64,000 nucleotides of DNA, from assembly GCA_038060895.1 (NCBI GenBank), contig JBBTCT010000001.1:288001-352000 (forward strand), read 5' to 3'. Source of the DNA: Planctomycetota bacterium. GTDB taxonomy: Bacteria > Planctomycetota > MHYJ01 > WSZJ01. A program made the position numbers and the translations under genes. The notes beneath the pieces are model-generated. The model saw only the letters and a list, made by a program, of their open reading frames with translations, did no database searches and was not told the origin of the DNA. This document shows, piece after piece, positions 18,980 through 28,363 of this stretch; positions within the stretch are counted from its first letter, which is position 1, and the number at the start of each line of letters is the position of its first letter.

Positions 18980-20071
18980 GTGACTCTCGACCACCTTGTT
19001 ATTGCCGCGGGCGCGGGATCGTTTCTCTTCTCGCTCCTCCTCACGCCCGTGGTCCGCGCGGTCGCCCGGTCGAGGGGATTCGTGGACGAGCCGGGGCCGC
19101 GCAAGATCCACTCGTGGCCGGTCGCGCTCGGCGGCGGCGTCGCTATTTTCGGCGCCGTGTGGATCCCGCTTGCCGTCGCGCTCGTCGCAGCGCTCGCGCC
19201 GGGGCTCGTGAAGAGCTTCGCCCCGGGGCTGGCGGAGCATCTCGCGGGCGCAAAGATGGTCGCGCCCCAGGCGGCGGCGTATCTCGGCGGTGCGCTCGTC
19301 GTATTCGTCCTCGGGCTGGTCGATGACGCGAAAGGCCTCGGGCCAAAGGTAAAACTCCTGGTTCAGGTCGCCGTCGGCCTGGGGCTCGCCGCCAGCGGGA
19401 TCCGGCTCTCGTCCTTCCTCGACCGCTACGGCTTCGCGGGACAGGCCCTGCAGTTCGCCGCGACCGTCGGCTGGTTCGTGGTCGTCACCAACGCGTTCAA
19501 CCTCCTCGACAACATGGACGGGCTCGCCGCAGGTGTCGCCGCCGCCGCGGCTGCCGCGTTCGGCGTCATCGCCCTCGCGACCGGCCAGCTCTTCATCGCC
19601 TTCGCACTCTTCACACTCCTCGGCGGCGCTCTCGGCTTCCTCGCCTATAACCGCCCGCCCGCGACCATCTTCATGGGCGACGCCGGCTCGCTCACGCTCG
19701 GCTACCACCTCGCCGTCCTGACGATTCTCTTCACGTTCTACGACGGCATGCACCCGCTCTCGGTCTATTTTGTCCCGCTCCTCGTTCTCGCCATCCCGTT
19801 CTACGACACCGCTTCCGTCATCCTTATCCGCCTTCGCGCCGGCAAGCCCATCATGGTCGGCGATACCAATCACTTCTCGCACCGCCTCGTCGCCCTCGGC
19901 CTCTCCCGCGCCTCGGCCGTCGGCCTCATCGTCGTCCTCACCTGCGTCACCGGGATCGCGGCCGTGCTCATGTACCGCACCGACCTGGCGGGAAGCGTCC
20001 TCGTGTTCTCGCAGACGCTTCTCGTGCTCACCGTCGTCGCGGTCCTCGAAATCGCAGGGCGCCGCAAATGA
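18980..20071 (+). CDS. WecA/MraY-like (glycosyltransferase family 4) undecaprenyl-phosphate sugar-1-phosphate transferase
   Basis: LGLVDD, NAFNLLDNMDGLA, IFMGDAGS, HFSHRL. Confidence 0.9.
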   Translation: MTLDHLVIAAGAGSFLFSLLLTPVVRAVARSRGFVDEPGPRKIHSWPVALGGGVAIFGAVWIPLAVALVAALAPGLVKSFAPGLAEHLAGAKMVAPQAAAYLGGALVVFVLGLVDDAKGLGPKVKLLVQVAVGLGLAASGIRLSSFLDRYGFAGQALQFAATVGWFVVVTNAFNLLDNMDGLAAGVAAAAAAAFGVIALATGQLFIAFALFTLLGGALGFLAYNRPPATIFMGDAGSLTLGYHLAVLTILFTFYDGMHPLSVYFVPLLVLAIPFYDTASVILIRLRAGKPIMVGDTNHFSHRLVALGLSRASAVGLIVVLTCVTGIAAVLMYRTDLAGSVLVFSQTLLVLTVVAVLEIAGRRK

Positions 20072-22080
20072 TCGCCTGGGCCCGCCCCGTCGGCGCCGGC
20101 CTCGCGGCTTTCGCGATCGTCGCGCGTGTTCTGTTTCCAGGAGAGGCTGCCGGGTGGGGACTGAGCCTCCTGCTCGACGCGATCGCGATGCTCGCGGCGG
20201 CGATCGTGTTCGTGGGCGAGGACAAACTCAAGGCGTCGCACGCCGGTTTCGCACTCTGCGCGCTCGGCCTCTGGGCCGCGGTTTCCTCGACGTGGGCGGG
20301 AGAAGGGCTCCCGGCGCTGGCCACGGCGACCACCTGGTTCGCGGCCGGCGTGCTGGCAATCGCCTGCGCGCAATCGGCCCGCGACAGCGCCGTCCACGCG
20401 CTCGTCGCAGCGGCCGCCCTGCAGGCCGGCTACGCGATCTGGCACCGCTATCTCGGACTCGCCGACGCGCGCGACTACTACAACAACAACCGCTACCAGA
20501 TGCGGTTTTCCTCGGCCCTCGAACGGGCCGAATACGAAGCGAGGCTCTTCACCCAGGAAGCCATCGGCACTTTTGGCATCTCGAACCTCCTCTGCGCTTT
20601 CCTCGCCATTTCGCTTCCCCTCGTCGTCGGCCGCATTCTCGACGCGACGACCCGGCGGGCGCGCCTGTGCCTGGTTCCCGTCGCGCTGACGATGGCGTTC
20701 GCGGCGGTCCTCACGAATTCGAAAGGCGGCTTCATCGCGATCGCGGCCGCGTCGGCCGTCTTTGCGTGGCGCGTTTACGCGCCCGAGGGAAAGCGCCGCC
20801 TTCGCCTCGGGCTTGCCGGCGCGGGCGCTGCAGTCGCTCTCGGCGCTGCGCTTCTGGCCCTTCACCCCGGGCCGTTCGACTGGACAAATCCGAAGACCAG
20901 CTTCGGCTACCGCGCCAACTACGCGCGCGGTTCGCTGGGAGTGATCCAGGAAGCGCCGGTCCTGGGCGTCGGCGCGTCGAACTGGAGCGCGCACTACACG
21001 GCGCACATGACCCCGACCGCGGGCGAAGCGCAGCGGGGGCATTTCGACATCCTTCAGGTGCTGGGCGAACTCGGCCCCATCGGACTCCTTCTCTTCGCCG
21101 CCGTCGCCTTCTTCGCCCTGCGCAACTTCCTCGCAACTCCGGAAATCCCCCCACTCCCGACTCCCGGCTCCGAACCCGATCCACCCCCAGCCGCGCCAAC
21201 TATGCAATTCCCCTGGCCTGCCGCCCTCGGCATCTCGGCCGCCATTGCCTTTGGTGAAGCGTTGAATTCCCACGTCTTCGCCATGGGCCCCCTCGCCCTG
21301 GCCGCCATAGCGCTGCTCGCGGCCGCCATTGCCGGCTCCTCTGAAATCCCGTTCGGGCGATTCACGAGGGCGGGAGCCTGCGCCGGCGCCGCCGCGTTCT
21401 TCGTCCATGGCCTCGTCGAGTACGACCTGTATGTGCCGGGCCTCGTCTTCTCGCTCGCCGCCGCGCTCTCCTTCGCGGCCGGCGCCGCGACGCGGTGGCG
21501 CGGCCGCCTCGTCGCCGCGATCCCCGCCCTCGCTTCCATTCCCGCCCTCCTCCACGCCGCGCCTTTCATGCAGGCCGACACCGTCATCGAGAAGACTCGC
21601 GAGCAGGTGAGCGCGCAGGAAGCGGCAAAGTTCCGCGAACCGCATTCTGGAGCGGCCCTGCTTTCGGAACTGCGTGAGGCGCGGCGGGCCAATCCTTACG
21701 ACCCGAATCTTCCCTATCACGAAGCGATCGCCGTGCACAGCGGTCGGCACGGGCCTGAGGAGTGTTTCTCCGCCCTCGACGCCGCCATCGCGCTCGCGCC
21801 GCACCAGGAAGGGCTGTACCAGATGCGAGGGCTCTTTCACGAGGCGCACCAGGATCTGCCGGCGGCGCTCAAGGATTACGACCGTGCGGTGGAGCTTTAC
21901 CCCAACAATGCGAAGCTCCGGTACATGCGGGGCTGGGCGCGGCACGCCGCGAAGATCCCGGGGTGGCGCGAGGAATTCGAGAAGGCATTTGAGCTGTCAC
22001 GGCAGATGGACATGCCGAGGAGGCAGTTGGCGCCGGAGGAAATTGAGGAGGCGAGGGAGGAGTTGCGAAAGGCGAGGTGA
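20068..22080 (+). CDS. O-antigen ligase-like membrane protein with a C-terminal TPR
   Basis: GTFGISN, TNSKGG, PVLGVGASNW, HFDILQVLGELG, HGLVEY; TPR tail; ATGA overlap with the upstream gene. Confidence 0.75.
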   Translation: MIAWARPVGAGLAAFAIVARVLFPGEAAGWGLSLLLDAIAMLAAAIVFVGEDKLKASHAGFALCALGLWAAVSSTWAGEGLPALATATTWFAAGVLAIACAQSARDSAVHALVAAAALQAGYAIWHRYLGLADARDYYNNNRYQMRFSSALERAEYEARLFTQEAIGTFGISNLLCAFLAISLPLVVGRILDATTRRARLCLVPVALTMAFAAVLTNSKGGFIAIAAASAVFAWRVYAPEGKRRLRLGLAGAGAAVALGAALLALHPGPFDWTNPKTSFGYRANYARGSLGVIQEAPVLGVGASNWSAHYTAHMTPTAGEAQRGHFDILQVLGELGPIGLLLFAAVAFFALRNFLATPEIPPLPTPGSEPDPPPAAPTMQFPWPAALGISAAIAFGEALNSHVFAMGPLALAAIALLAAAIAGSSEIPFGRFTRAGACAGAAAFFVHGLVEYDLYVPGLVFSLAAALSFAAGAATRWRGRLVAAIPALASIPALLHAAPFMQADTVIEKTREQVSAQEAAKFREPHSGAALLSELREARRANPYDPNLPYHEAIAVHSGRHGPEECFSALDAAIALAPHQEGLYQMRGLFHEAHQDLPAALKDYDRAVELYPNNAKLRYMRGWARHAAKIPGWREEFEKAFELSRQMDMPRRQLAPEEIEEAREELRKAR

Positions 22081-22228
22081 GGGAAAGAGGACAACAACGA
22101 AACGAAAAATGAAAAACGAAAAAGAAAAAACGAAAAGCTCACTTCGAGAGGCGGTCCCGGGCTCTTCGCTTCTACTTTGTTGTTCTTAGTTTTTCGTTTT
22201 TCGTTTCGTTGTTGACGTTGTTCAACCC
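22081..22228. repeat. Intergenic family member E (GAAAAAC type) between convergent genes
   Basis: CAACAACGAAACGAAAAA ... TTTTTCGTTTCGTTGTTG; the right arm shares TTGTTCTTAGTTTTTCGTTTTTCGTTTC with 60299-60352. Confidence 0.85.
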
Positions 22229-22231
22229 TCG

Positions 22232-23257
22232 TTACCCGAAAAACACTTCCGCCACCTTGAAAAACTGGGGCGTAACCGTCTTGATCCTGGACGTCGCCTC
22301 CGCCAGCGGCACCGCGCCGATGTCGTTCCCGTGAATGCCGGTCATGTACCCGAACTTCCCCTGCTCGAGCAGCTCGACCGCGCCCACCGCCAGCCTCGTC
22401 GCCCGGATGCGGTCCGTCGGAGTCGGCGCCCCGCCGCGCTGGATGTGCCCCAGGATCGTCACGCGCGTCTCGATCCCCGTCCGCTTCTCGATCTCCGCCC
22501 CGACCAGGTTTCCGATCCCGCCCAGCCGCACGTGCCCGAACGCGTCCTTCTTCTCCTCCTGCAGCACCAGCTGGCCCGTCTTCGGATGCGCCCCTTCCGC
22601 CACCACCACCAGCGAAAAATTCTTCCCGCGCTTGTGCCGCTTCTGCACCACGTCGCACACCAGCTCGATGTCGAACGGCTGCTCCGGGATCAGGATCACG
22701 TCCGCCCCGCCGGCCAGCCCCGCAAACGTCGCGATCCACCCCGCATGCCGCCCCATCACTTCCACCACCATCACCCGCCGGTGCGCTTCCGCCGTCGTCT
22801 TGCACCGGTCGATCGCGTCGGTCGCGATCGACACCGCGGTGTCGAACCCGAACGTGTAGTCCGTGCCGTACAGGTCGTTGTCGATCGTCTTCGGAACGCC
22901 GACCACCTTGTAGCCCAGCTTGTGGAATTTCTCGGCCGCCCCCAGCGTGTCCTCGCCGCCGATCGCGACCAGCGCGTCGATGCCGAAGCGCTTCATGCTG
23001 TCCTGGCACCGCTGGATATCGCCTTCGATCTTGAAGGGGTTGGTGCGCGAGGTCCCGAGGATGGTGCCGCCGCGCGCGAGGATGCCGGCGATGGAGTATT
23101 CGGTCATGGGCTCGACGCGCCCCTGGACGAGTCCGGCCCAGCCGTCGTGGATGCCGACGACGGACCAGCCGAGTTGAAGAGCCTTCTTCACGACGCCGCG
23201 AATGGCCGCGTTAAGGCCCGGGCAATCGCCGCCGCCGGTGAGAACGCCAATGCGCAT
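22232..23257 (-). CDS. pfkA: 6-phosphofructokinase
   Basis: MRIGVLTGGGDCPGLN, GTILGTSR, PKTIDND, EVMGRHAG, LGHIQRGG; AAGGAG RBS. Confidence 0.95.
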   Translation of the reverse strand: MRIGVLTGGGDCPGLNAAIRGVVKKALQLGWSVVGIHDGWAGLVQGRVEPMTEYSIAGILARGGTILGTSRTNPFKIEGDIQRCQDSMKRFGIDALVAIGGEDTLGAAEKFHKLGYKVVGVPKTIDNDLYGTDYTFGFDTAVSIATDAIDRCKTTAEAHRRVMVVEVMGRHAGWIATFAGLAGGADVILIPEQPFDIELVCDVVQKRHKRGKNFSLVVVAEGAHPKTGQLVLQEEKKDAFGHVRLGGIGNLVGAEIEKRTGIETRVTILGHIQRGGAPTPTDRIRATRLAVGAVELLEQGKFGYMTGIHGNDIGAVPLAEATSRIKTVTPQFFKVAEVFFG

Positions 23258-23333
23258 GGAGGGAAGTCTCCTTGGGAGGGGCGGGAAAGTACCCGGGGGG
23301 GAGGGAGCGGTCAAGGCCGGGGGAAGGACGGGA

Positions 23334-23430
23334 GGAACGGCAAATCCCAACCCCAACTCCAACTCCGAAAATTCCAGTCCGAGCGGAAATGTCGTTTTGG
23401 AGTTGGTGTTGGGATTTTCCCCGTCGTTCT
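23334..23430. repeat. Intergenic family member H (CCAACT hexamer type), palindromic
   Basis: GAACGGCAAATCCCAACCCCAACTCCAACTCC ... GGAGTTGGTGTTGGGATTT. Confidence 0.8.
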
Positions 23431-23488
23431 CCTTGATCCTCCCCCTTGCTGTGACTAACCTTCCTGTCCGGAACCAAGGGACAAGCCC

Positions 23489-24100
23489 ATGCGCATCTGC
23501 ACCCAGTGCGGCCACAAACTATCGGGAGAGGAATACCTCTGCCCGGCCTGCGACCTTTGGGACTCGCGATCCTACACGGAGCCGAAGAAGACACGCCGCG
23601 CGCGCCCGATGTCCACCGTGTTCGTCGGCCCCTTCCAGCACGCCCTTCTTGTCCGCCAGATCTGCGAAGGCGCCGGCATTCCCGCCGTAATCGATGCCGC
23701 CCGCGGGGCCTCCGTGATGGGCGGGTCGGTCGCCCGCGTGCAGGTCCCGCACGACCGCGCGGGGGAAGTCCTGGCTCTCCTGTCGCAGCAGGACGACGAC
23801 CCGGCCGGGGAGCGCGTGCCGGGCGGACCGGTTTTGCGGCGGAAACGCTCTCACCTGCGGGCGCGGCTGTCGCTGCGGCGCCGTTCCTACCAGGCGCTGG
23901 CGTGGGCCATGTTCGCCCTGGTCTTTCCCCCCGCCGGTGCGGTAGCGATCCACCTGGCCTGCAGCGTCCTCTCCGAGAACCGCGGACTTCCCGTCGTCAC
24001 GGAAGAAACGCGCGTCGCCCGCGCGTCCCTCGTGATTTCCGCCGCGGCGATGCTGGTCTTCCTCGGCGTCCTCGTCGTGCTGGTGCGCGGCGTAGCCTAA
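23489..24100 (+). CDS. Zn-ribbon + DUF2007-like + 2-TM membrane protein
   Basis: CTQCG...CPAC, GIPAVID...VQVP, two hydrophobic C-terminal helices. Confidence 0.6.
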   Translation: MRICTQCGHKLSGEEYLCPACDLWDSRSYTEPKKTRRARPMSTVFVGPFQHALLVRQICEGAGIPAVIDAARGASVMGGSVARVQVPHDRAGEVLALLSQQDDDPAGERVPGGPVLRRKRSHLRARLSLRRRSYQALAWAMFALVFPPAGAVAIHLACSVLSENRGLPVVTEETRVARASLVISAAAMLVFLGVLVVLVRGVA

Positions 24101-25599
24101 TCCCCCCCGAACGCGCGCCCGAGCTTCTTGAGGAAACCTCCGCCGGTCTTCTCTTTCAGCTCCCCCGCCATCCGCTCCCGGTCCTGCTCGAGCCCTTTCT
24201 TCGTCGAGTCCAGCGACTCCATCCGCGACCGAAGCGCCGCAATCTCCCTTCTCGCCTCGTCGCGCTCCATTTCTAGCCGGCGCATATCGCCTTTGAGCGC
24301 CTCGAGCTGGCCGCCGGCTGCCGCTGAGACGGAAGCGAGTTCCATCGATTCCACGCGCACCCGGAGCTGCTGGCGTTCGACGGTCGCGCGCGCCAGGAGC
24401 GACCTCGCATTGTCGAGTTCCTGCCGCATCGCGTCCTTCTCGCGCTCGAGGTCCGCGATGCGGGCCGCGTAGTCCTTGAGCCGCGTCTCGAACTGCGCGC
24501 GCAGCCGCTCCCACGCCGCCGGGTCCGACCCCGCCGGCGGCCGCGCCTCGGCCTCCTCCGCCCGCCGCGCCATCGCCCGCTGCCGCTCCGCCGAAACCCT
24601 CCGCTCTCGCCGCAGTACGTCCTCGAGCCGGTCCCGGTCGGCCTCGACGGCGGCAAGAGTCTCGCGAAAGTGGGCCAGGGCCGCGTTGGCGCGAGCCGAC
24701 GTTTCCGTCAGGTCGCGCGCCTGCGCCGAAAGCTGCGCCACCGCAAGCCGGTCGTCTCGCCCCTCGGCACGGGCCCGCTCCGCCTCGCGCTGCAGCTCCG
24801 CGATCACCGGCCCCAGGCCTTCGGATTTCTCCAGCGCCGCCACACGCTCCGCCAGGCTCCCCGCCAGCGACCTCGCGCGCTCCCACTCCTCCCCCACCTT
24901 CAGCTCAATCCCCCGCTTCTGCGCCACCGCTTCCGCGAAGCGCGCGCCTTCCTGCTGGAACGCGCCCTCCTTCTCCCGCGCTTCCCGGAGCGCGGCGCGG
25001 TCGGCGTCGCGTTCCTTCTCGCGTTCCCGGAGCGCCTCCGAGAGCGCCGCAGAGTCGCGGCGAAGGACGTCGCGCGCTTCGGCGAGAAGCGCCGTCTGGG
25101 CCGTGAGATGGGCGACGCCGTCGAGCACCCCGCTACGCCCGGGGCCGTCCTCCATCGACAACGCTGCGCCTCGCTCCCGCTCGGCGTCCGCCGTCGAGGA
25201 CCGGAGCCGCCCTTCGACATCCTCCAGCTCCGCGCCCTTGCGGTTCAGTTCGGAGCGGATTCCGTCGGCGATCTGCTCGTGCTCGAGCCCGCGCTGCTCC
25301 GCGCGCACGATCGACTTGCGCGCTTCTTCGAGCTTCAGCTCGGAAGCGGTGAGATCTCCCTGGAGCGAAGCGAGTTCTTCGCGCAGTTTTTCGCGAGCGC
25401 GCTCGAGGAGGGCGATCCGCTGCGAGTCGGTGTCGCGCTGGCGCACAAGCTCTTCGAGCTGCGCGCGCGCTTCGGCGGTCAGCTCCTGGACCTCACGCGG
25501 CCGGAGATTGGCGGTGCGGCGGGCGAGAGACGCAGAGACGGCCGCATGGACGAGCTCAGTGAGCTTGTCGCCGGGAGCGGGGACGGAGGAATCGCCCAT
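24097..25599 (-). CDS. Long coiled-coil protein with a C-terminal amphipathic helix
   Basis: 500 aa rich in A/E/R/L heptads; ends GGFLKKLGRAFGGD; TAACCT 7 nt before the ATG. Confidence 0.75.
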   Translation of the reverse strand: MGDSSVPAPGDKLTELVHAAVSASLARRTANLRPREVQELTAEARAQLEELVRQRDTDSQRIALLERAREKLREELASLQGDLTASELKLEEARKSIVRAEQRGLEHEQIADGIRSELNRKGAELEDVEGRLRSSTADAERERGAALSMEDGPGRSGVLDGVAHLTAQTALLAEARDVLRRDSAALSEALREREKERDADRAALREAREKEGAFQQEGARFAEAVAQKRGIELKVGEEWERARSLAGSLAERVAALEKSEGLGPVIAELQREAERARAEGRDDRLAVAQLSAQARDLTETSARANAALAHFRETLAAVEADRDRLEDVLRRERRVSAERQRAMARRAEEAEARPPAGSDPAAWERLRAQFETRLKDYAARIADLEREKDAMRQELDNARSLLARATVERQQLRVRVESMELASVSAAAGGQLEALKGDMRRLEMERDEARREIAALRSRMESLDSTKKGLEQDRERMAGELKEKTGGGFLKKLGRAFGGD

Positions 25600-25632
25600 G
25601 CGCGGGAGGTTACCCGCCCGCGGGGAGTAAGG

Positions 25633-26835
25633 TCACTTTTTCAGGATGCGGGCCGCGGCTTTCGCGGCGCGCTCCGTCTCGGCGTGGCCGCAGACCGCCG
25701 CGTTCTCCAGCGCCGGGATGTCGTCCGCGCTCCCGAAACGCGCCAGCCCGGCCGCCGCGAAAGCGCCGGCGCGCGAGTCCGGGCGGGACTTGAGGACTTC
25801 GCGAAGAACGTCGGCTCCCGCCGGGAGGCCGGAGCCGACCAGCACGCGCACCGCGCGCTCGGCAGGGATTCCTTCCCCGTCCCGCGCCAGGCCGCTCAGG
25901 ATCGCGAGCATTCCCGCGGGGTCCAGATCCATGCGGGCGCGGACGAGGACGTGCATGCGCAAAAGCGACCACTGCTGCTCGAAATCGGATTCGAGGATGG
26001 TCTTCACCTGGCTCAGGCTACAGGGCGCGAATGCCCATCGCGAGTCCGGCCCGCCCGCCGGTTGCCACAGGCGCTCATGAAGAGCCTCGCGCAGGTGAGC
26101 GGCGCGGGCTTTCGCTTCTGCAGAGCTTTTCTCGACTTCCTTCGCCACCGCCTCCACAACTGGAAGCCCGTTCCGCCGGGCGAGCGACAGAAGCGCGGTT
26201 TCAGCGGCCTCGCGCACGCCCTCGTCGTCGGCGTCGAGGTGTTTTGCGAATTCCTTTACGGCGGCGATCACGTCGGCTGCGAGCGGCTGGCCGGCGCGGA
26301 CGGAAGGAACGAAAAATGGCGCGCCGTCGATCCGGATTTCCGCGGCAAATCCGCGGGGGCCCATGATGTTCTTTGCGCGGAGGGCGATGACGTTCGCGCC
26401 CTCCCGAAGCCAGGGGAGCAGGTCGAGGACCGTGCCGGCGCCCCGGTGCCCGAACTGGCCGGAGAGATGGTTGTCGGCCAGTTCGCCGTTGACGTACAGC
26501 TCTCCCACGTCGTCGACGAAGTAGATCATCTCCGCGCGCCGGAACCCCGCGGGGACTTCGAACGACCGCCGGAACGCGCACCCGTCGTCTTCCCCGGCCC
26601 AGAGCCAGTCCGCCTTCGAATCGAACCCGAATGTATTCCTCACGGAGTAGTGGTCGCCATTCTGGGCCGGCCCCTCCCCCGAGTCCGCAGCCGCCCACCC
26701 GGAGTCGTCGAAGTCCGGCGTCATCCAGTCTTCCCCCGGATTAGCGATTCCCTTCCACCCGACGTCCGTCAGGACGACGACAGGATCGGCCGAAGCGGCG
26801 ATGCCGGCGAGGGCAAGGGCGAGGAGGGATCTCAA
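25633..26835 (-). CDS. Secreted protein with a galactose-binding-like domain and HEAT repeats
   Basis: Signal peptide; W..PDFDDSGW, FRRSF, VDD..ELYVNG, LREGANVIA; HEAT-like tail. Confidence 0.7.
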   Translation of the reverse strand: MRSLLALALAGIAASADPVVVLTDVGWKGIANPGEDWMTPDFDDSGWAAADSGEGPAQNGDHYSVRNTFGFDSKADWLWAGEDDGCAFRRSFEVPAGFRRAEMIYFVDDVGELYVNGELADNHLSGQFGHRGAGTVLDLLPWLREGANVIALRAKNIMGPRGFAAEIRIDGAPFFVPSVRAGQPLAADVIAAVKEFAKHLDADDEGVREAAETALLSLARRNGLPVVEAVAKEVEKSSAEAKARAAHLREALHERLWQPAGGPDSRWAFAPCSLSQVKTILESDFEQQWSLLRMHVLVRARMDLDPAGMLAILSGLARDGEGIPAERAVRVLVGSGLPAGADVLREVLKSRPDSRAGAFAAAGLARFGSADDIPALENAAVCGHAETERAAKAAARILKK

Positions 26836-26855
26836 GCGGGTCTCCGGTCGATGAG

Positions 26856-28220
26856 TTATCTCTCAGGGCGAGGAACAACGCGCAACGCAGGGTCCCCGAA
26901 CAGGACAAACTTCATTCCCTGGAAGAAGATGCTGGCAGGGTACCAGTCTTCTGTCGGGACGATTTCCGAAAGCCGCTCGCGCTCCCAGTAGGCGGCGACT
27001 GCGTTGCGCCAGAGATCACCGACGCGGGGCGGCCCCTGCGTGGCCAGACCTTCCACGAACGCACCGACGAGGGTGAGCGCGCACGGCTGGCTTCCGGTGT
27101 CGCAGCCGAAGTACGCCACAGCTCCGCCCGGGATGCGAAGCGACTGTTCGCCGAAGCTGGTGGAGTTGTGCTTCGGCTGGTAGCAGGCCGGAGGAGGAGG
27201 TTCGCATGAGAAGACCTCGCCTGCGTTAGTGCCCGGGTGCTCGGCCCCGAGGACGTCGGTGTACGCTTCGTAGGGAGCCTGCGTCGCCATGACTGCGGTG
27301 CCGCAGCCCGCGGAGAGCAGAACGGTGGCCCTGGAGCTGTCGCTGTTTTGACGCAGTGCGTCAATTCCGAGGCACCCGTGCCATCCCGCTTCGCTCCCGT
27401 GCCCCGCGTGCGCCACGATCAGCGCGCCGCCACCGGCGAGCGACGCGATGATCACCGGGTCGGGCTCGGCTTCCCCATAGAAGTGCCTCTCCGGCTCCCA
27501 GCCCGCCGGCAGCGCCCTGGCCAGGCCTTCGAACTGTCCTCGCGCATCCACCCAGCCGCCCGAAACCACCAGCCCGACACGCCGCTCGCGGCTATCCAAC
27601 GCGTCCTCGAAGGCCAGAGTCTTGGCGACCAGCGCCGAGACTTCCCCGGCCGTCGAAACCGGCCAGCGGCCCACGGCAATCTCAGGCTTGTATTCGATTC
27701 CGTCGAAGTTGACCGGCGGCTCTTTGTGGTGCTCGCCATGCACCTCCCCGAAGTACCCGGCGTGAACATCGTCCTTCGACCCATTCCAGTCCTCGAAAGT
27801 CCCGTCCGCCTTCGCCACATCGGCGAAGTAGAGATCGCTCGGGTAGAACGCGACGTCAAACGCCGGCTTGTGCACCCGGTCCAGCATCATGTAGCGCACC
27901 GGGAAGACGTCCGCGTCGCCGACCAGAAGCGCATACCTGAGCCCGCGGTCTTTCCAGTTCAGGTACAGGAAGTACTTCACCTTCGCCGCGTCGTCGGCAT
28001 TTAGCCGGGGCCGCAGCACGTCCTCCAGCGCCCAGAGATCCGCTTCGAACTCCTGCTTTCGGCGCTCGAGGAGCGGCCGGCAGGCCGCCACGAGCGCGCG
28101 AGGGGCAATGATGACGTACCGGGGCCGCGGCCCGATCGACGCGCCCTGCGCCGCAGGCCCCGTCGAGCACCCGGCCATCGCGATCAACAGCATTCCAGCG
28201 AACCACCGCATTCTCACCAT
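26856..28220 (-). CDS. C25 (gingipain-like) cysteine peptidase, probable lipoprotein
   Basis: MAGC lipobox, YALLVGD, SDLYFAD, AVGRWP, HAGHG, SAGC, LFGDP. Confidence 0.8.
   Translation of the reverse strand: MVRMRWFAGMLLIAMAGCSTGPAAQGASIGPRPRYVIIAPRALVAACRPLLERRKQEFEADLWALEDVLRPRLNADDAAKVKYFLYLNWKDRGLRYALLVGDADVFPVRYMMLDRVHKPAFDVAFYPSDLYFADVAKADGTFEDWNGSKDDVHAGYFGEVHGEHHKEPPVNFDGIEYKPEIAVGRWPVSTAGEVSALVAKTLAFEDALDSRERRVGLVVSGGWVDARGQFEGLARALPAGWEPERHFYGEAEPDPVIIASLAGGGALIVAHAGHGSEAGWHGCLGIDALRQNSDSSRATVLLSAGCGTAVMATQAPYEAYTDVLGAEHPGTNAGEVFSCEPPPPACYQPKHNSTSFGEQSLRIPGGAVAYFGCDTGSQPCALTLVGAFVEGLATQGPPRVGDLWRNAVAAYWERERLSEIVPTEDWYPASIFFQGMKFVLFGDPALRVVPRPER
27348..27364. promoter_or_regulatory. 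Palindromic site TTGACGC-AGT-GCGTCAA (copy 2, intragenic)
   Basis: Perfect arms inside the C25 CDS, read as ATT GAC GCA CTG CGT CAA. Confidence 0.6.
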
Positions 28221-28229
28221 GGTACCGAC

Positions 28230-28296
28230 CCACTACCCACTACCCACTACTCACTACTCCCTACTCAACACTCAACACTCCAAACTCCGCCGTTCC
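28230..28296. repeat. Heptamer tandem array (CCACTAC/TCAACAC, about 8 units) ending GCCGTTCC; half-element of the intergenic family
   Basis: Read directly; the reverse complement starts GGAACGGC. Confidence 0.8.
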
Positions 28297-28363
28297 GTGA
28301 ACCTTCCCCCACTCGAGGTTGTTCGTCATACGATCCCGGGACGCGATGCGTCCCGATACCACC

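Noticed and set aside
21151-21171. Three heptamers (CCACTCC CGACTCC CGGCTCC) inside the O-antigen ligase-like CDS
   Set aside because: Could be an in-frame repeat insertion, but a Pro-rich linker explains it equally well and there is no cap.
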